DNA of 64,000 bases, taken from assembly GCA_963727505.1 (NCBI GenBank), contig CAVSGP010000005.1, forward strand, positions 96,001 through 160,000, in the 5' to 3' direction. The notes beneath the pieces were generated by a model. The model ran no database searches, was not told the DNA's origin, and was given only the letters and a program-made list of their open reading frames with translations. This DNA is from an uncultured Trueperaceae bacterium. GTDB taxonomy: Bacteria > Deinococcota > Deinococci > Deinococcales > Trueperaceae. Below, piece by piece: positions 28,345 to 39,163 of the stretch (positions within the stretch are counted from its first letter, which is position 1; every line of letters starts with the position of its first letter). The position numbers and the translations under genes are program-made.

Positions 28345-29777
28345 GCCTTCCTCCAGGTGTCCGGTAGGGCGCGCCACAGGCGCGCCCAGGCCTCGAGGCC
28401 GAGACGGAAGCGCTCCGGCCGGTAGAACTCGTTGGGTGCGTGGATGTCCTCGTCCCCCGTGCTGAACGAGAAGAACACGGTGTCCGCAGCGAGCGCATCG
28501 CGGAAGGTCGCCGTGATCGGCACGCTGCCGCCCATGCCCACCAGCGCAGGCTTCGCGCCGAACACGCACTCGAGCGTGTCGGCCGCCGCCCGCACCGCCC
28601 AGTGGTCGGGCGCAACGCGGTACGCCGGAGCGCCCTCGCCGGGCCCCTCGATCTCCAGCGTGACGCCAGCCGGGCAGCGTTCCTCGAGATGCCCGCGCAC
28701 CGCGGCCCCGACGGCGTCCGGATCCTGCCCAGCCACCAGCCGGCAGCTGATCTTGAAGGTCGCTTCGCTCGGGAGCACGGTCTTGCTGCCCGGTCCCTGG
28801 TAGCCGCCGTACAGCCCGTTGATCTCGAGCGTGGGGCGGTACCACTGGCGCGCCAGCGTGCCGTAACCGGGCTCGCCGAAGGGAGCGGGCGCTCCCACCT
28901 CGGCGAGGTAGGCGGCCTCGTCGAACGGCAGGCTCTCGAGAGCCGCGAGCGCCGCTTCGTCGGGCGGTTCGGCGCCGTCGTAGAAGCCCGCCACCGCTAT
29001 CCGGCCCCCGTCGTGGAGGCTCGCTACCAGCTCGGCCGCGGCGTGCAGGGGGTTGGCCACCCCGCCGCCGTGGCGCCCCGAGTGCAGGTCCTTGCCGGGC
29101 CCGCGCACCGTCACCTCCAGCGTGGTCATGCCGCGCGCGCCGGTCACAAGCGTGGCCACGTCGGGGCGCCACATCCCGCCGTCGGCCGACAGCACTACGT
29201 CGCACGCCAGATCGGCGGCACGCTCGCGCACCAGCGGGCCCAGGCTGGGGCTGCCGATCTCCTCCTCGCTCTCGAACAGGAAGCGCAGGTTCACGGGTGG
29301 GCGTTCCCCGGCACGCGAGAACGCCTCCGCCACCAGGATGGGGATGAGCATCGACGCCTTGTCGTCGCTGACGCCGCGGCCGTAGAGCCTGCCGTCCCGC
29401 TCTGTGAGCTCGAAGGGGGGCGAGCGCCACGCTCCCAGCGGATCGGGCGGCTGCACGTCCATGTGGCCGTAGACGAGCACCGTCGGCGCGCCCTCGCCGG
29501 CAGCGTCCCAGCGGGCGTAGACGGCAGGGTGCCGGGGCGTGTCCCACACCTCGACCGCCAGCTCGGGGATCGCCTCGAGCCGCTCGGCCACCCACCGGGA
29601 CGCGCGCCGCACCTCGCCGGCGAGGGCCGGGTCGGTGCTCACCGATGGGATGGCCACGAAGGCGCCAAGCAGCTCCAAGGAGCGGTCGTAGCCTTCGGCC
29701 AGCAGGGCGAGGACGGTGTCGCCGCTGGGCGCTGCTGCGTCCCGGGCGTCCGGAGGGGTCCCCCGTTCCGGCGCCAT
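28341..29777 (-). CDS. M20-family dipeptidase
   Basis: YGHMDVQP, GRGVSDDK, ESEEE, DLHSG and HAPNE. Confidence 0.92.
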
Positions 29778-30545
29778 TCAGCGCCCCCCGTCGACGGAGA
29801 GGGTCTGTCCGGTGATCCAGCCGGCGTGGTCGCTGGCGAAGAAGAGCACGGCGTTCACGATGTCTTCGGGCGTTCCCAGGCGCTTCAGCGCGATGCCTTC
29901 CAGCAGCCTGCTCTGGCCCTCCTCGCCGTACGACGCCCACTGCTTCTCGGTGGTCGAGTTGGACAGCACGAAGCCGGGCGCAACGGAGTTCACCGTGATG
30001 CCCCACCGTCCGAGCTCGTGGGCGAGCTGGCGGGTGAGGCCGATCTGGCCGGCCTTGGCGGCGGCGTACGCCTGGATGCCGGTGAGGCTCACGCCCAGCC
30101 CCGCCCCGCTGGAGATGTTCACGATGCGCCCGGAGCGCGCTGCCTTCATCGACGGCGCGACGGCGCGGCTCGTGTAGAAGGCGCCATCCAGGTTGACGGC
30201 GACGATGCGCCGCCAGTCCTCGTCCGGGACCTCCTCGAGGGGCCTGCCGATCTGGCCCAGCACGCCGCCGGCATCGTTGACGAGGATGTCCAGCCGACCG
30301 CTGGCGTCGAGCGCGTGCCCGACCCATGCGTCCACGGCCTCGCGGGCGGAGACGTCGACGGTCGCCGCCTCCAGCGGCCGCCCGGCGTCCTTCGCCAGCC
30401 GTTCGGTCTCGGCGAGCTCGGTGGCGGCCACGTCGCTGGCGAAGACCGACGCCCCGAGGCCGGCCAGGCCGAGCGCGATGGCGCGCCCGAAGCCGTGGGC
30501 CGCACCGGTCACCAGCGCGGTCTTGCCGTCAAAGCGCAGCTGCAT
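29778..30545 (-). CDS. SDR-family oxidoreductase
   Basis: TGAAHGFG, VNDAGG, YAAAK, VNSVAPG and TGQTLSVDGG. Confidence 0.92.
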   Translation of the reverse strand: MQLRFDGKTALVTGAAHGFGRAIALGLAGLGASVFASDVAATELAETERLAKDAGRPLEAATVDVSAREAVDAWVGHALDASGRLDILVNDAGGVLGQIGRPLEEVPDEDWRRIVAVNLDGAFYTSRAVAPSMKAARSGRIVNISSGAGLGVSLTGIQAYAAAKAGQIGLTRQLAHELGRWGITVNSVAPGFVLSNSTTEKQWASYGEEGQSRLLEGIALKRLGTPEDIVNAVLFFASDHAGWITGQTLSVDGGR

Positions 30546-31599
30546 GGGGATCCCCTTCCGGCCGGTCCTCGGCGATGGCGGCGAGGTTCTCCCAGGCGCG
30601 CGCACGCTGGCCGCTCTCGACCTCGTGCATCAGGGCCACCAGCCTCCGCAGGCGCGGGACAGCGACCCCGTGCTCCACGGCGATGCGCAGGATGGGCGTG
30701 AACTGGGCGTCGGTCTCGGTCTTGCGGTGATGGACGGCGAGGTCGCGCCAGACGCCGGAGTGCGTCTTGGCCGAGCGCCGATTGAAGGCCACCATGGCGT
30801 CGAACGAGGTGCGAGCCGCGGCCGGGTCTCCGCCCGGGCCGAAGGCAGCCGGGTCGAACCCGTTGAAGCCGACCGGGCGGGCACCGTGCGCGGCGGCCAC
30901 CGCCATGACCTCGCGGGCCAGCGCCGCCAGCACCGGTCGCATCGATGGGTCGTCCAGGGTATCGACGATGCTGGCGTCGGTCAGCGCCTCGGCGAAGAGC
31001 ATCGCGCCGTAGCCCATCTTCCCCCACAGGTAGCCCCAGATGTTGTCGCTGGTCTCGGTGCCGGGCTCGAAGTCCCGCAGCACCGCCGCCAGCCGCTGCA
31101 GGCGTTCGCTGGAGCGACCGTCGAGCTCTCCGAGCACCACCGCACCGCGCCCCGAGAACTGCACGATGCCGGGCTCGAGCACGTCCGCGCCGAAGTTGAC
31201 GAACGCCCCCAGGGTTCTCGCCTCGCCGACGGCCTCCTCGAGGACGATCTCGTTCAGGCCGTTCTGCATCGAAACCACGCAGCCGTCCCCGGACACGTGC
31301 GGCGCGAGCTGCGTCGCGGCGCGCTCGGTATCCAAAGCCTTGACCGCCAGCAGCACCCAGTCCCATGTCCCCGCGACGGCGTCGGGCGTGACGATGGGCG
31401 CGTGGACCGTGAAGGTGTCGATGGGGCCGACGATGCGCAGGCCGTCGCGCCGCGCCGCCTCGACGTGAGCCGGGTTGGCGTCCACGAAGGTGATGTCGTG
31501 GCCGGCGCGCGCAAGGTGGGCGCCCACCACGCCGCCGATCGCGCCGGCGCCCCACACGAGCACCCGCAGGCGCGGGGCGGCCGCCCCGTCCGGGGTCAC
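30529..31599 (-). CDS. Ketopantoate reductase (PanE/ApbA) family protein
   Basis: GAGAIGG, LAVKA, SMQNG, LWGK and SGVWRDL...KTE. Confidence 0.88.
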   Translation of the reverse strand: MTPDGAAAPRLRVLVWGAGAIGGVVGAHLARAGHDITFVDANPAHVEAARRDGLRIVGPIDTFTVHAPIVTPDAVAGTWDWVLLAVKALDTERAATQLAPHVSGDGCVVSMQNGLNEIVLEEAVGEARTLGAFVNFGADVLEPGIVQFSGRGAVVLGELDGRSSERLQRLAAVLRDFEPGTETSDNIWGYLWGKMGYGAMLFAEALTDASIVDTLDDPSMRPVLAALAREVMAVAAAHGARPVGFNGFDPAAFGPGGDPAAARTSFDAMVAFNRRSAKTHSGVWRDLAVHHRKTETDAQFTPILRIAVEHGVAVPRLRRLVALMHEVESGQRARAWENLAAIAEDRPEGDPHAAAL

Positions 31600-32294
31600 G
31601 CCCACGGCCCCTCCAGAGCGGCGCGCGTCTCCTCGACCCCGGCGCGCCACACGCGCTCCATCGCCTCGTCGGGCTTCTGGTAGGCGCCGCCCATGTTGCC
31701 GTCGCCCAGCATCGTGCGGACTTCGGGTGCGGTGAGCAGACGCATGCGCGTCATGTCGGTCATGGGCTTGGCGCCCTCGGGCATGCTCACGCCTTCGAGC
31801 CGCGTCCAGGCGAAGTTCTCCATCCAGGAGGCGTGGGAGGCGGCCTCGTCGATGGCGTGGACGGCAGCGAAGGTGGCCGGTGCGTTCCACCAGTTGTGCC
31901 ACTTCACGCGCACGCCCGGGTGCGCGTTCATCCACTCCTGCGCCACCGAACCCGCGGCGCTGTTGCCGCCGTGACCGTTGACGAACAGCACGCGCTTGAA
32001 GCCTGTGTCGGCGAGGCTCTCCAGGATGTCCTCGACGATGCGCCGGTAGGTATCCAGGCGCAGGCTCACCGAGCCCGGATAGGACAGGAAGTAGGGCGTC
32101 ACGCCGTAGTTGAGGGTGGGGAAGACAGGCACTCCGAGCGGCGCCGCCGCCTCCCGCGCCACCCGCTCGGACAGGATGTTGTCGACCGCCAGGCTGAGGT
32201 AGCCGTGCTGCTCGGTGCTTCCCATCGGGACCACGGCCCGGTCGTCTCGCTCCAGTTGCCTTTCGACCTGCATCCAATTCATCGCGTGGATCAC
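31596..32294 (-). CDS. Creatininase-family amidohydrolase
   Basis: PMGSTEQHG...D, NGHGGN and HASWME. Confidence 0.9.
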   Translation of the reverse strand: MIHAMNWMQVERQLERDDRAVVPMGSTEQHGYLSLAVDNILSERVAREAAAPLGVPVFPTLNYGVTPYFLSYPGSVSLRLDTYRRIVEDILESLADTGFKRVLFVNGHGGNSAAGSVAQEWMNAHPGVRVKWHNWWNAPATFAAVHAIDEAASHASWMENFAWTRLEGVSMPEGAKPMTDMTRMRLLTAPEVRTMLGDGNMGGAYQKPDEAMERVWRAGVEETRAALEGPWA

Positions 32295-32299
32295 ACGCC

Positions 32300-33412
32300 T
32301 CACTCCTTTGCAGCGCGCGCCTGCCGCACGCTGTCGAGCGTGGGGAGCAGGAGTCGCCCGATGGAACCGACCTCGGGTTCGTAACGGAACTCGAAGGCGT
32401 CGACGTTGGGGGGGACGAGCGCGAGCGCGTCCCGCGTGCCGGTCGCGTAGACCATGACGGTGCAGCGGCGCAGGGCCAGACTCAGGGCCTCGGGCTCGAG
32501 CGGCACCGCCTCGATCTTGCTCACGTGCGGACAGAAGCGCGTGACGTTGCGACGCAGCGTGGGGAGGAACTCCGGGATGCTGGCGACGACCATCACGCCG
32601 GCGTCGGAGGGCACCGCTGCAAGGCGCGTGCGCGTCTCCCTCGAGGGGTGGAAGGTGAGGCTCAGGACGGGGACGTCGTCGCCCACCAGGGCGCGCAGCT
32701 CGGCCTCGCGGTTGGCCAGCGTGACGTAAACGTCGGGCGCCGCGTCGCTGGACCCAGGCACCGGGATCGTGCCCGCATCGAAGGTGGTCCACTCCAGAAC
32801 GTCGCCCGGCGGGAGGTGGCGGCGGATCGCCTCCACGTAGGCCACCGTGGCGTCGGGGAAGATACCCACGAACAGGACGCGCACGACACGTTCGCTGGCT
32901 GCGGGACGCTGGGCGCGCATCGTGGCCGCCTCGGCGGCGGCGCTGCGCGAGAACCCGAGCGCCTCGGCCGATGCGAAGAAGGCGTCGACGGCGCGGCCGA
33001 GCGCCACCATGGTCTCGGGGGCCTGCTGCGGTGGGAGGCGTTCAGGCACGAAGGTGCCGCGCCCCTGCTGGCTCTCCAGGAGCCCCTGGTCGCGAAGCTC
33101 CCGGTAGACCTGGGATACGGTGACCGGCGCCAGGCGGAGCTGGCGCGCCAGTTCCCGCACCGAGGGGAGCTTGCTGCCGCGCGGGATCTCGCCCGTGGCG
33201 ATGCCGTACTCGATCTGGCCCCGGAGCTGGACGCGGACCGGCAGGGGCAGATCGCGATCCAGCGCCAGGCGCCAGGGGCCCGCGGTGCCGGTGCCCTCGC
33301 CCGCAAGCTCCACGTCCCGGTCACGTGTCCGGGCCGGGGTGTCGCCGCCGTGCTGCGTGTCCTGGGCGGCGGCGTCCAGCGCCGACATGTCAGGGGGCTT
33401 GGGCCGGGTCAT
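32300..33412 (-). CDS. GntR-family regulator with extended C-terminal domain
   Basis: KLPSVRELARQLRLAPVTVSQVYRELRDQGLLESQQGRGTFV. Confidence 0.88.
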   Translation of the reverse strand: MTRPKPPDMSALDAAAQDTQHGGDTPARTRDRDVELAGEGTGTAGPWRLALDRDLPLPVRVQLRGQIEYGIATGEIPRGSKLPSVRELARQLRLAPVTVSQVYRELRDQGLLESQQGRGTFVPERLPPQQAPETMVALGRAVDAFFASAEALGFSRSAAAEAATMRAQRPAASERVVRVLFVGIFPDATVAYVEAIRRHLPPGDVLEWTTFDAGTIPVPGSSDAAPDVYVTLANREAELRALVGDDVPVLSLTFHPSRETRTRLAAVPSDAGVMVVASIPEFLPTLRRNVTRFCPHVSKIEAVPLEPEALSLALRRCTVMVYATGTRDALALVPPNVDAFEFRYEPEVGSIGRLLLPTLDSVRQARAAKE

Positions 33413-34533
33413 GGGCGCGCTCCGGCAGGGCCTTCGAGCTCGTTCGCGGGCCCTTTCGGACCTGTCGGCCCATGCGGCGCGAACGCGTCCGCCCCGGCCC
33501 GATCCGGCGCGAACAGATGGCAGGCGCACTCGCGTCCATCGCGCGCGACCAGCTCCGGGACGTGCACGTCGCAGCCCTCGAAGGCCCGGGAGCAGCGGGG
33601 GTGGAAGGCGCACCCGCCGGGAACGTGCAGCGGGCTCGGCAGCTCGCCGCGCACTGCGTCGGTGGTGGTTGTGAGTTCGGGATCGAGCGAGGGCGCAGCG
33701 GAGAGCAGCGCGCGTGTGTAGGGATGCCGAGGGTCCCGGAACAGTGCCTCGGTCTCGCCGACCTCCACAACCCGGCCCAGGTACATGACCGCGACCCGGT
33801 GCGAGATGTGGCGCACCAATCGCAGATCGTGCGCGACGAACAGCACCGTCAGGTGCAGGCGCTCCTGCAGCTCGAGCAGTAGGTTGATGACCTGCGCCTG
33901 GACGCTGACGTCGAGTGCGGAGACCAGCTCGTCGGCGACGAGGGTCTCCGGCTCGAGTGCGAGCGCCCGAGCGATGCCGATGCGTTGCCGTTGGCCGCCC
34001 GAGAACTCGTGCGGCATGCGATCGGCGGCGTCGGCGGGCAGACCCACCATGTCGAGCAGCTCGCGCATGCGCCCGGGGATGGCCTTGGCCGGCCGCATGG
34101 CGTGCACGCCGAGCGCTTCCCGCAGGATCTGGCCCACGCTCATGCGCGGGTTGAGGCTGGAGTAGGGATCCTGGAAGATCATCTGGACCTTGCGATGGTA
34201 GCGCCGTAGGCGCTCGCCTTGCAGGGCGAGGACGTCGGTGCCGTGGTAGCGGACCGAGCCGGCGTCGGGCTCGTGGAGCCGTACCAGACAGCGCGCCAGC
34301 GTCGACTTGCCGCAGCCGGACTCGCCTACGATGCCGAGCGTCTCCCCCGGTTCGACGCGCAGGGTGACGCCGTCGAGCGCCCGCACGGCCAGCCGGGGGG
34401 CGCGCTTGATGCGGTCGAACAGGGTTTGCTGCACCGGGAAGGTCTTGATCAGACCGTCCACTTCGAACGCCATGGAGCGGTGTTCCTCCTCGGTCGCCGG
34501 CCGGGCCCGTTCGGGACCCTGGCCCGCGGTCAT
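33409..34533 (-). CDS. Oligopeptide/dipeptide ABC ATP-binding protein (DppF-like)
   Basis: [21 protein letters not shown] and GCAFHPRC. Confidence 0.92.
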   Translation of the reverse strand: MTAGQGPERARPATEEEHRSMAFEVDGLIKTFPVQQTLFDRIKRAPRLAVRALDGVTLRVEPGETLGIVGESGCGKSTLARCLVRLHEPDAGSVRYHGTDVLALQGERLRRYHRKVQMIFQDPYSSLNPRMSVGQILREALGVHAMRPAKAIPGRMRELLDMVGLPADAADRMPHEFSGGQRQRIGIARALALEPETLVADELVSALDVSVQAQVINLLLELQERLHLTVLFVAHDLRLVRHISHRVAVMYLGRVVEVGETEALFRDPRHPYTRALLSAAPSLDPELTTTTDAVRGELPSPLHVPGGCAFHPRCSRAFEGCDVHVPELVARDGRECACHLFAPDRAGADAFAPHGPTGPKGPANELEGPAGARP

Positions 34534-35555
34534 GCCGTCACCTCCGACGGGGCCGGCAGCTCGGCGTGGTGGATGCAGGCGCTGGTGTGGTCCTCGGCCA
34601 CGCGCTGGCGTCGGGGTTCCTCGGCCCGGCAGGCATCGGTGACGAAGCCGCATCGGGGTGCGAAGGGACAGCCGGGGGGAAGCGCGGAGAGGTCGGGCGG
34701 TGCACCCGGGATGGGCTTGAGGGGCTGGCGGTTGGCCCCGCCGCTGGGGAGCGACAGCCGCAGACCCAGCGTATAGGCGTGCCTGGGGTGGGTGAACAGG
34801 GCGCGCACGGGTGCCGTCTCGACCAGCCGGCCGGCGTACATCACGGCCACCCGGTCGCAGGTCTGCGCCACCACCCCGAGATCGTGCGTGACCAGGATGA
34901 CGCTCATGCCGAGCTGTTCGCGCAGGCGCAGTAGCAGCTTGAGGATCTGGTCCTGGATGGTGACGTCGAGGGCGGTGGTGGGTTCGTCGGCCAGTAGCAG
35001 CCGGGGGGAGGAGGCGAGCGCGATGGCGATCATGGCGCGCTGGCGCATGCCGCCGCTGAACTCGTGCGGGAACGCCTCGAGTCGTTCGCGTGGCGACGGG
35101 ATGCCAACCAGGTCGAGCAGCTCCGAGGCGCGAGCGCGGGCGGCGTTGCCCCGCAAGCCCTCGTGGGCGCGCAGGCTCTCCAGGATCTGTTCGCCGACGG
35201 TCAGGACGGGGTTGAGGGCGGTCATCGGCTCCTGGAAGATCATGCTGATCTCTCCGCCGGTGACCTGGCGCATGCGCCGGGAACTCACCTCGAGCAGGTT
35301 CTCGCCGTTCCAGCGCACCTCGCCCGAGACCCGGGTGGGCGGCCTGAGCAGGCGCAGGATGGAGCGCAGCGTGACGCTCTTGCCCGAGCCGGACTCGCCC
35401 ACGATGCCCAGGACCTCCCCCTCGCCGACGTCGAAACTCACGTCCCGAACAGCGTTCAGGGCCCCACGCGCGGTGTGGAAGGTGGTGTCGAGGTGGCGCA
35501 CGCTGAGCAGCGACATCCCGGACGGCGCCTCGGCGGAGGGAGCAGCGAAGCTCAT
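34530..35555 (-). CDS. Oligopeptide/dipeptide ABC ATP-binding protein (DppD-like)
   Basis: [16 protein letters not shown] and DEPTTALD. Confidence 0.92.
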   Translation of the reverse strand: MSFAAPSAEAPSGMSLLSVRHLDTTFHTARGALNAVRDVSFDVGEGEVLGIVGESGSGKSVTLRSILRLLRPPTRVSGEVRWNGENLLEVSSRRMRQVTGGEISMIFQEPMTALNPVLTVGEQILESLRAHEGLRGNAARARASELLDLVGIPSPRERLEAFPHEFSGGMRQRAMIAIALASSPRLLLADEPTTALDVTIQDQILKLLLRLREQLGMSVILVTHDLGVVAQTCDRVAVMYAGRLVETAPVRALFTHPRHAYTLGLRLSLPSGGANRQPLKPIPGAPPDLSALPPGCPFAPRCGFVTDACRAEEPRRQRVAEDHTSACIHHAELPAPSEVTA

Positions 35556-36412
35556 CGCGCCGGCCTCAGGACGTCGGCGAGTCCGTCGCCGACCAGGCTG
35601 AAGCCCACCCCGGCGAGCGTCAGCACCAGTCCTGGGAAGGTGGAGATCCAGGGGGCGGTCACCATGAAGTTCTTGCCGTCGGCGACCATCACCCCCCATT
35701 CGGCGGTGGGCGGCTGGGCTCCCAGCCCGAGGTAGCCCAGCGACGCTCCCAGCAGGATCCCCAGGCTCATGTCGGTCATCCAGTAGACGATGGCGGGGGT
35801 CACGGCGTTCGGGAAGATGTGGCGGAACACGATGCGGCCCGGGGAGTAGCCCATCACGCGGGCGGCCTGCACGTACTCGGTCTGCTTCTGGACCAGCGTC
35901 TCGCCGCGCACCAGCCTCGCATAGTAGACCCAGCCCACCACGCTGACCGCCAGGTACATGTTGCGCAGTCCCGGCCCCAGCATGGCCACGATGGCGATGA
36001 CCAGGATCAGGAACGGGAACACCATCACGATGTCCACCAGCCGGCCGAAGCCGGCGTCGAGCCAGCGCCCGACATAGCCGGTGATGGCGCCGGCCACCGT
36101 CCCGAACAGGAAGGGGAACAGCGTGCAGAACAGCGCAATCTGGAGGTCGGTCCGGGCGCCGAAGACCACCCGCGAGAAGACGTCGCGGCCGAAGTTGTCG
36201 GTGCCGAACCAGTGCTGGGCGCTGGGCCCCTTGAGGATCGCGCCGTAGTCGAACTGGGTGGGGTCGTAGCGTGCGATGAGTTGGGGGAAGAGCGCCATGA
36301 CCAGCATGGCGGTGACGATGGTGAGCCCGATCAGGAGCGTCGGTTTGGGCCGGGCGCGCCAGATGCGTCGGCGGGTATGGGCGGCGGCGGTCGCGGCCGA
36401 GGGAGCTGCCAT
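35552..36412 (-). CDS. Peptide ABC permease (DppC-like)
   Basis: HWFGTDNFGRD, EYVQAARVMG and PPTAEWG. Confidence 0.92.
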   Translation of the reverse strand: MAAPSAATAAAHTRRRIWRARPKPTLLIGLTIVTAMLVMALFPQLIARYDPTQFDYGAILKGPSAQHWFGTDNFGRDVFSRVVFGARTDLQIALFCTLFPFLFGTVAGAITGYVGRWLDAGFGRLVDIVMVFPFLILVIAIVAMLGPGLRNMYLAVSVVGWVYYARLVRGETLVQKQTEYVQAARVMGYSPGRIVFRHIFPNAVTPAIVYWMTDMSLGILLGASLGYLGLGAQPPTAEWGVMVADGKNFMVTAPWISTFPGLVLTLAGVGFSLVGDGLADVLRPAR

Positions 36413-36413
36413 G

Positions 36414-37355
36414 TCAGGCCACCTTCGTGCGAGGGTCGAGGAAGCTGTAGGCGAGATCGGTCAACAGGAACACCAACATGATCACCACGGCGAAGGCCAG
36501 GGTGAGTCCCTGCACGACCGCGTAGTCGCGGCCGAAGATGGCGGTGACCATCAGCCGCCCCACGCCGGGGATCGCGAACACCGTCTCGGTGATGACGGCC
36601 CCGCCCATGAGCTGCCCGACCGACAACCCGAAGAGGGTCACCGTGCTGATGAGGGCGTTACGCAAGATGTGCTTGACCAGCACCAGCCTTGGCCGGATGC
36701 CCTTGGCGCGCGCGAAGTCGACGTACTCGGCGTCGACCACCTCGAGGATGGACGAGCGAAGGTTGCGCATCAGGATGGCTGCGAGATAGAAGCCGAGCGA
36801 CAGCGCCGGCAGGAACAGGTAGTAGAAGTCCGATCGCAGCGTTGGGCCGATGCCCCCGACTGGGAACCAGTGAAGTCTGGCACCGAACAGGCCCAACAGC
36901 TGCAGGGAGAGATAGAAGACGGGAAGCGATAGGCCGACCTGGAAGATCGCCCGGATCAGGTTGTCGACCCAGGTGCCGCGCCGGAGGGCCGAGAGCACGG
37001 CGGCCGGCACCGATAGCACGGCGGCCAGGATCCCGGCGTAGAGGGTCAGGAAGAGCGTGACCGGCAATCGGTCGGCGATGAGCTGGATGACGGGCACCTT
37101 GAGGTTGACGCTGGTGCCGAGATCACCTCGCGCCATGCGTTCGAGGAAGTACCAGAATTGAACGGGAAGGGGCTTGTCGAGCCCGAGCTCCTTGTGCACG
37201 CGAGCGACGGCCTCGTCGGTGACGCGGTCGCCCAGGATGGCGACGGCGGGGTCGCCCGGCAGCAGCCGGACCATGGCGAACACCAGGATCATGATCACCA
37301 GGAGGGTCGGGATCATCTGCAGGATCCGGGTGAGGACGTACTGCCAGCGGTTCAC
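36414..37355 (-). CDS. Peptide ABC permease (DppB-like)
   Basis: PGDPA, GDLGTS, ARAKG, ETVFAIPGVG and DPR. Confidence 0.92.
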   Translation of the reverse strand: MNRWQYVLTRILQMIPTLLVIMILVFAMVRLLPGDPAVAILGDRVTDEAVARVHKELGLDKPLPVQFWYFLERMARGDLGTSVNLKVPVIQLIADRLPVTLFLTLYAGILAAVLSVPAAVLSALRRGTWVDNLIRAIFQVGLSLPVFYLSLQLLGLFGARLHWFPVGGIGPTLRSDFYYLFLPALSLGFYLAAILMRNLRSSILEVVDAEYVDFARAKGIRPRLVLVKHILRNALISTVTLFGLSVGQLMGGAVITETVFAIPGVGRLMVTAIFGRDYAVVQGLTLAFAVVIMLVFLLTDLAYSFLDPRTKVA

Positions 37356-37408
37356 GTCGGCGACCTCCGAGGGCCGTGCACGGTGGCGTGGGGACGCTGC
37401 CGTGGAGG

Positions 37409-37441
37409 CCTGGACCGCTCGCTTCGCGCGAGCGGTCCAGG
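37409..37441. other. 14-bp-stem hairpin after the substrate-binding gene (mRNA stabiliser or partial terminator)
   Basis: CCTGGACCGCTCGC-ttcgc-GCGAGCGGTCCAGG. Confidence 0.65.
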
Positions 37442-37452
37442 GAGCATCGAAG

Positions 37453-39024
37453 TCAGTTCGTCTTGTAGGCGGTCTTGAAGATGTAGTTGCCGAGCGGGAT
37501 CTGCGTCAGTCCCTGGGTGGTCTTGCGGATCGCCACCGGGTAGGGCGTCTCGTACAGGAACACGATGGGCGCGGCGTCCATGTAGATCTGCTGGATCTCC
37601 TTGTAGTCGGCCGCGCGCTTGGTGGTGTCGAGCTCCTCCTGCGACTGCGCGAAGAGCTGGTCGATGCGGTCGTTCTGGAAGCCGGTGTGCAGGGACTGCA
37701 CGTTCTTGTACACCCCGAAGTAGCTGGTGATCTCGCTGGGGTCGTTGATGTCGTTGGTCCAGCCGGCGGTGCGCATCTGGAAGTTGTTGTTGCGGTAGCG
37801 GTCGGTCTTGGTGGCGGCGTCGAGCTGCTCGATCTTGAGCTTGATGCCGGCCTCGCCCCACATGCTCTGCAGCGCCGTCAGCAGCGCCAGGTCGTTCTGG
37901 CTGCCGGCGGTCGCAAGCGCGGAGACCGTGAAGCCGTTGGGATAGCCGGCCTGCGCGAGCAGCGACTTGGCCTTCTCGATGTCGTAGGCGTAGCCGCGGG
38001 TGGCCACGTAGTACGGCGTGGTGGTCGACATGTACGACTGCATGGGACTGCCGATGCCGAAGTTGACGACCTGGATCAGCGCCTTCTTGTTGGTGGCGTA
38101 GTTGATCGCCTGCCGCACCTGGAGGCTCGACAGCGGGTTGGGCGTACCGTCGGGCAGCTCGGGCCGGTTGTTCATGAGAACGCTGTTGACCTGTGTGGAG
38201 GGGAACAGCTTCATGTCGATGTTGGGGTCGTTCTGGAGCTCACCGACGCGCGAGAGCGGGATGAACTCGGCGGCGTCGAGCTCGCGCGACTGCAGCTTGA
38301 GGATGCGCGTGGCGTCGTCCGGCACGATCTCGAAGCGGATGCTGTCGAGGTAGGGCAGCGCCTTGCCGTCGGCGCCCTTCTCCCAGTAGTAGGGGTTTGC
38401 CTTGAGCACCATCGAGGAGCCGCGCTTCCACTCGGAGAGCACGAACGGACCGGAGCCGATGGGGTGCTCGGCGAAGGCCTTGGCCTTCTCGGCGTCCGTC
38501 GAGCCCTTGGCCGCCTCGAACAGCTTCTCGGGCATGACGGCGGCGTTGAACATGGCCAGAGCCGGGATGATCGTCGGGTCGGGGTGCTTGAGGTGGATGA
38601 TCACCTGATTGCCGCTGGTATCGATGGAATCGATGCCGGCGAGCGTGAAGTTCCAGATGCCGTTGTCGGGGTTGCGGGCGCGGTCGAGTGACCACTTGGC
38701 GTCCTGGGCGGTGATGGGACTACCGTCGGCGAACTTGGCGCCGTCGCGCATGGTCAGCGTGAGTGTCATCCCGTCGCTCGAGAAGCTCCAGTCGGTGGCC
38801 AGATCGGGCTTCACGTCCTTGCCATCGGCAGTCGGCTGCAGGAGCGGGTCGTAGAGGTTGGTGAGGACCCAGATGTCGAGGTTGGCATCGTTCAGGACGG
38901 GGTCGAGGAAGAGCGAGTCGGCGTAGCGACCGAAGACGAGCTGTCCCCCACGCTGCTGGGCGAAGGTGGTGCCGAGCACCAGGATGGCCAGAAGGGCCAG
39001 GGCGAACGTTGTGAGCCGTTTCAT
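37453..39024 (-). CDS. Peptide ABC substrate-binding protein (family 5, DppA-like)
   Basis: Signal peptide; PDLATDWSFSSDG..LTLTMRDGAKFADG, PIGSGPF and VRQAINYA. Confidence 0.93.
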   Translation of the reverse strand: MKRLTTFALALLAILVLGTTFAQQRGGQLVFGRYADSLFLDPVLNDANLDIWVLTNLYDPLLQPTADGKDVKPDLATDWSFSSDGMTLTLTMRDGAKFADGSPITAQDAKWSLDRARNPDNGIWNFTLAGIDSIDTSGNQVIIHLKHPDPTIIPALAMFNAAVMPEKLFEAAKGSTDAEKAKAFAEHPIGSGPFVLSEWKRGSSMVLKANPYYWEKGADGKALPYLDSIRFEIVPDDATRILKLQSRELDAAEFIPLSRVGELQNDPNIDMKLFPSTQVNSVLMNNRPELPDGTPNPLSSLQVRQAINYATNKKALIQVVNFGIGSPMQSYMSTTTPYYVATRGYAYDIEKAKSLLAQAGYPNGFTVSALATAGSQNDLALLTALQSMWGEAGIKLKIEQLDAATKTDRYRNNNFQMRTAGWTNDINDPSEITSYFGVYKNVQSLHTGFQNDRIDQLFAQSQEELDTTKRAADYKEIQQIYMDAAPIVFLYETPYPVAIRKTTQGLTQIPLGNYIFKTAYKTN

Positions 39025-39102
39025 GCCTACCTCCCTAGGGTTGTCCAGCTACAGGTCGGCCGCTCCCGCTCCCGATCGCCGTCCTGCGAACTGTGATGGC
39101 GG

Positions 39103-39150
39103 ACCATAACACGGTGATTTGATGCCGTCAATTGCATGGAGATGCAGTTG
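39103..39150 (-). promoter_or_regulatory. Promoter TTGACG-N17-TATGGT with overlapping inverted repeat CAATTGCAT-N4-ATGCAGTTG
   Basis: -35 at 39131-39126, -10 at 39108-39103, inverted repeat at 39129-39150. Confidence 0.65.
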
Positions 39151-39163
39151 TGGACGGCCTCGG

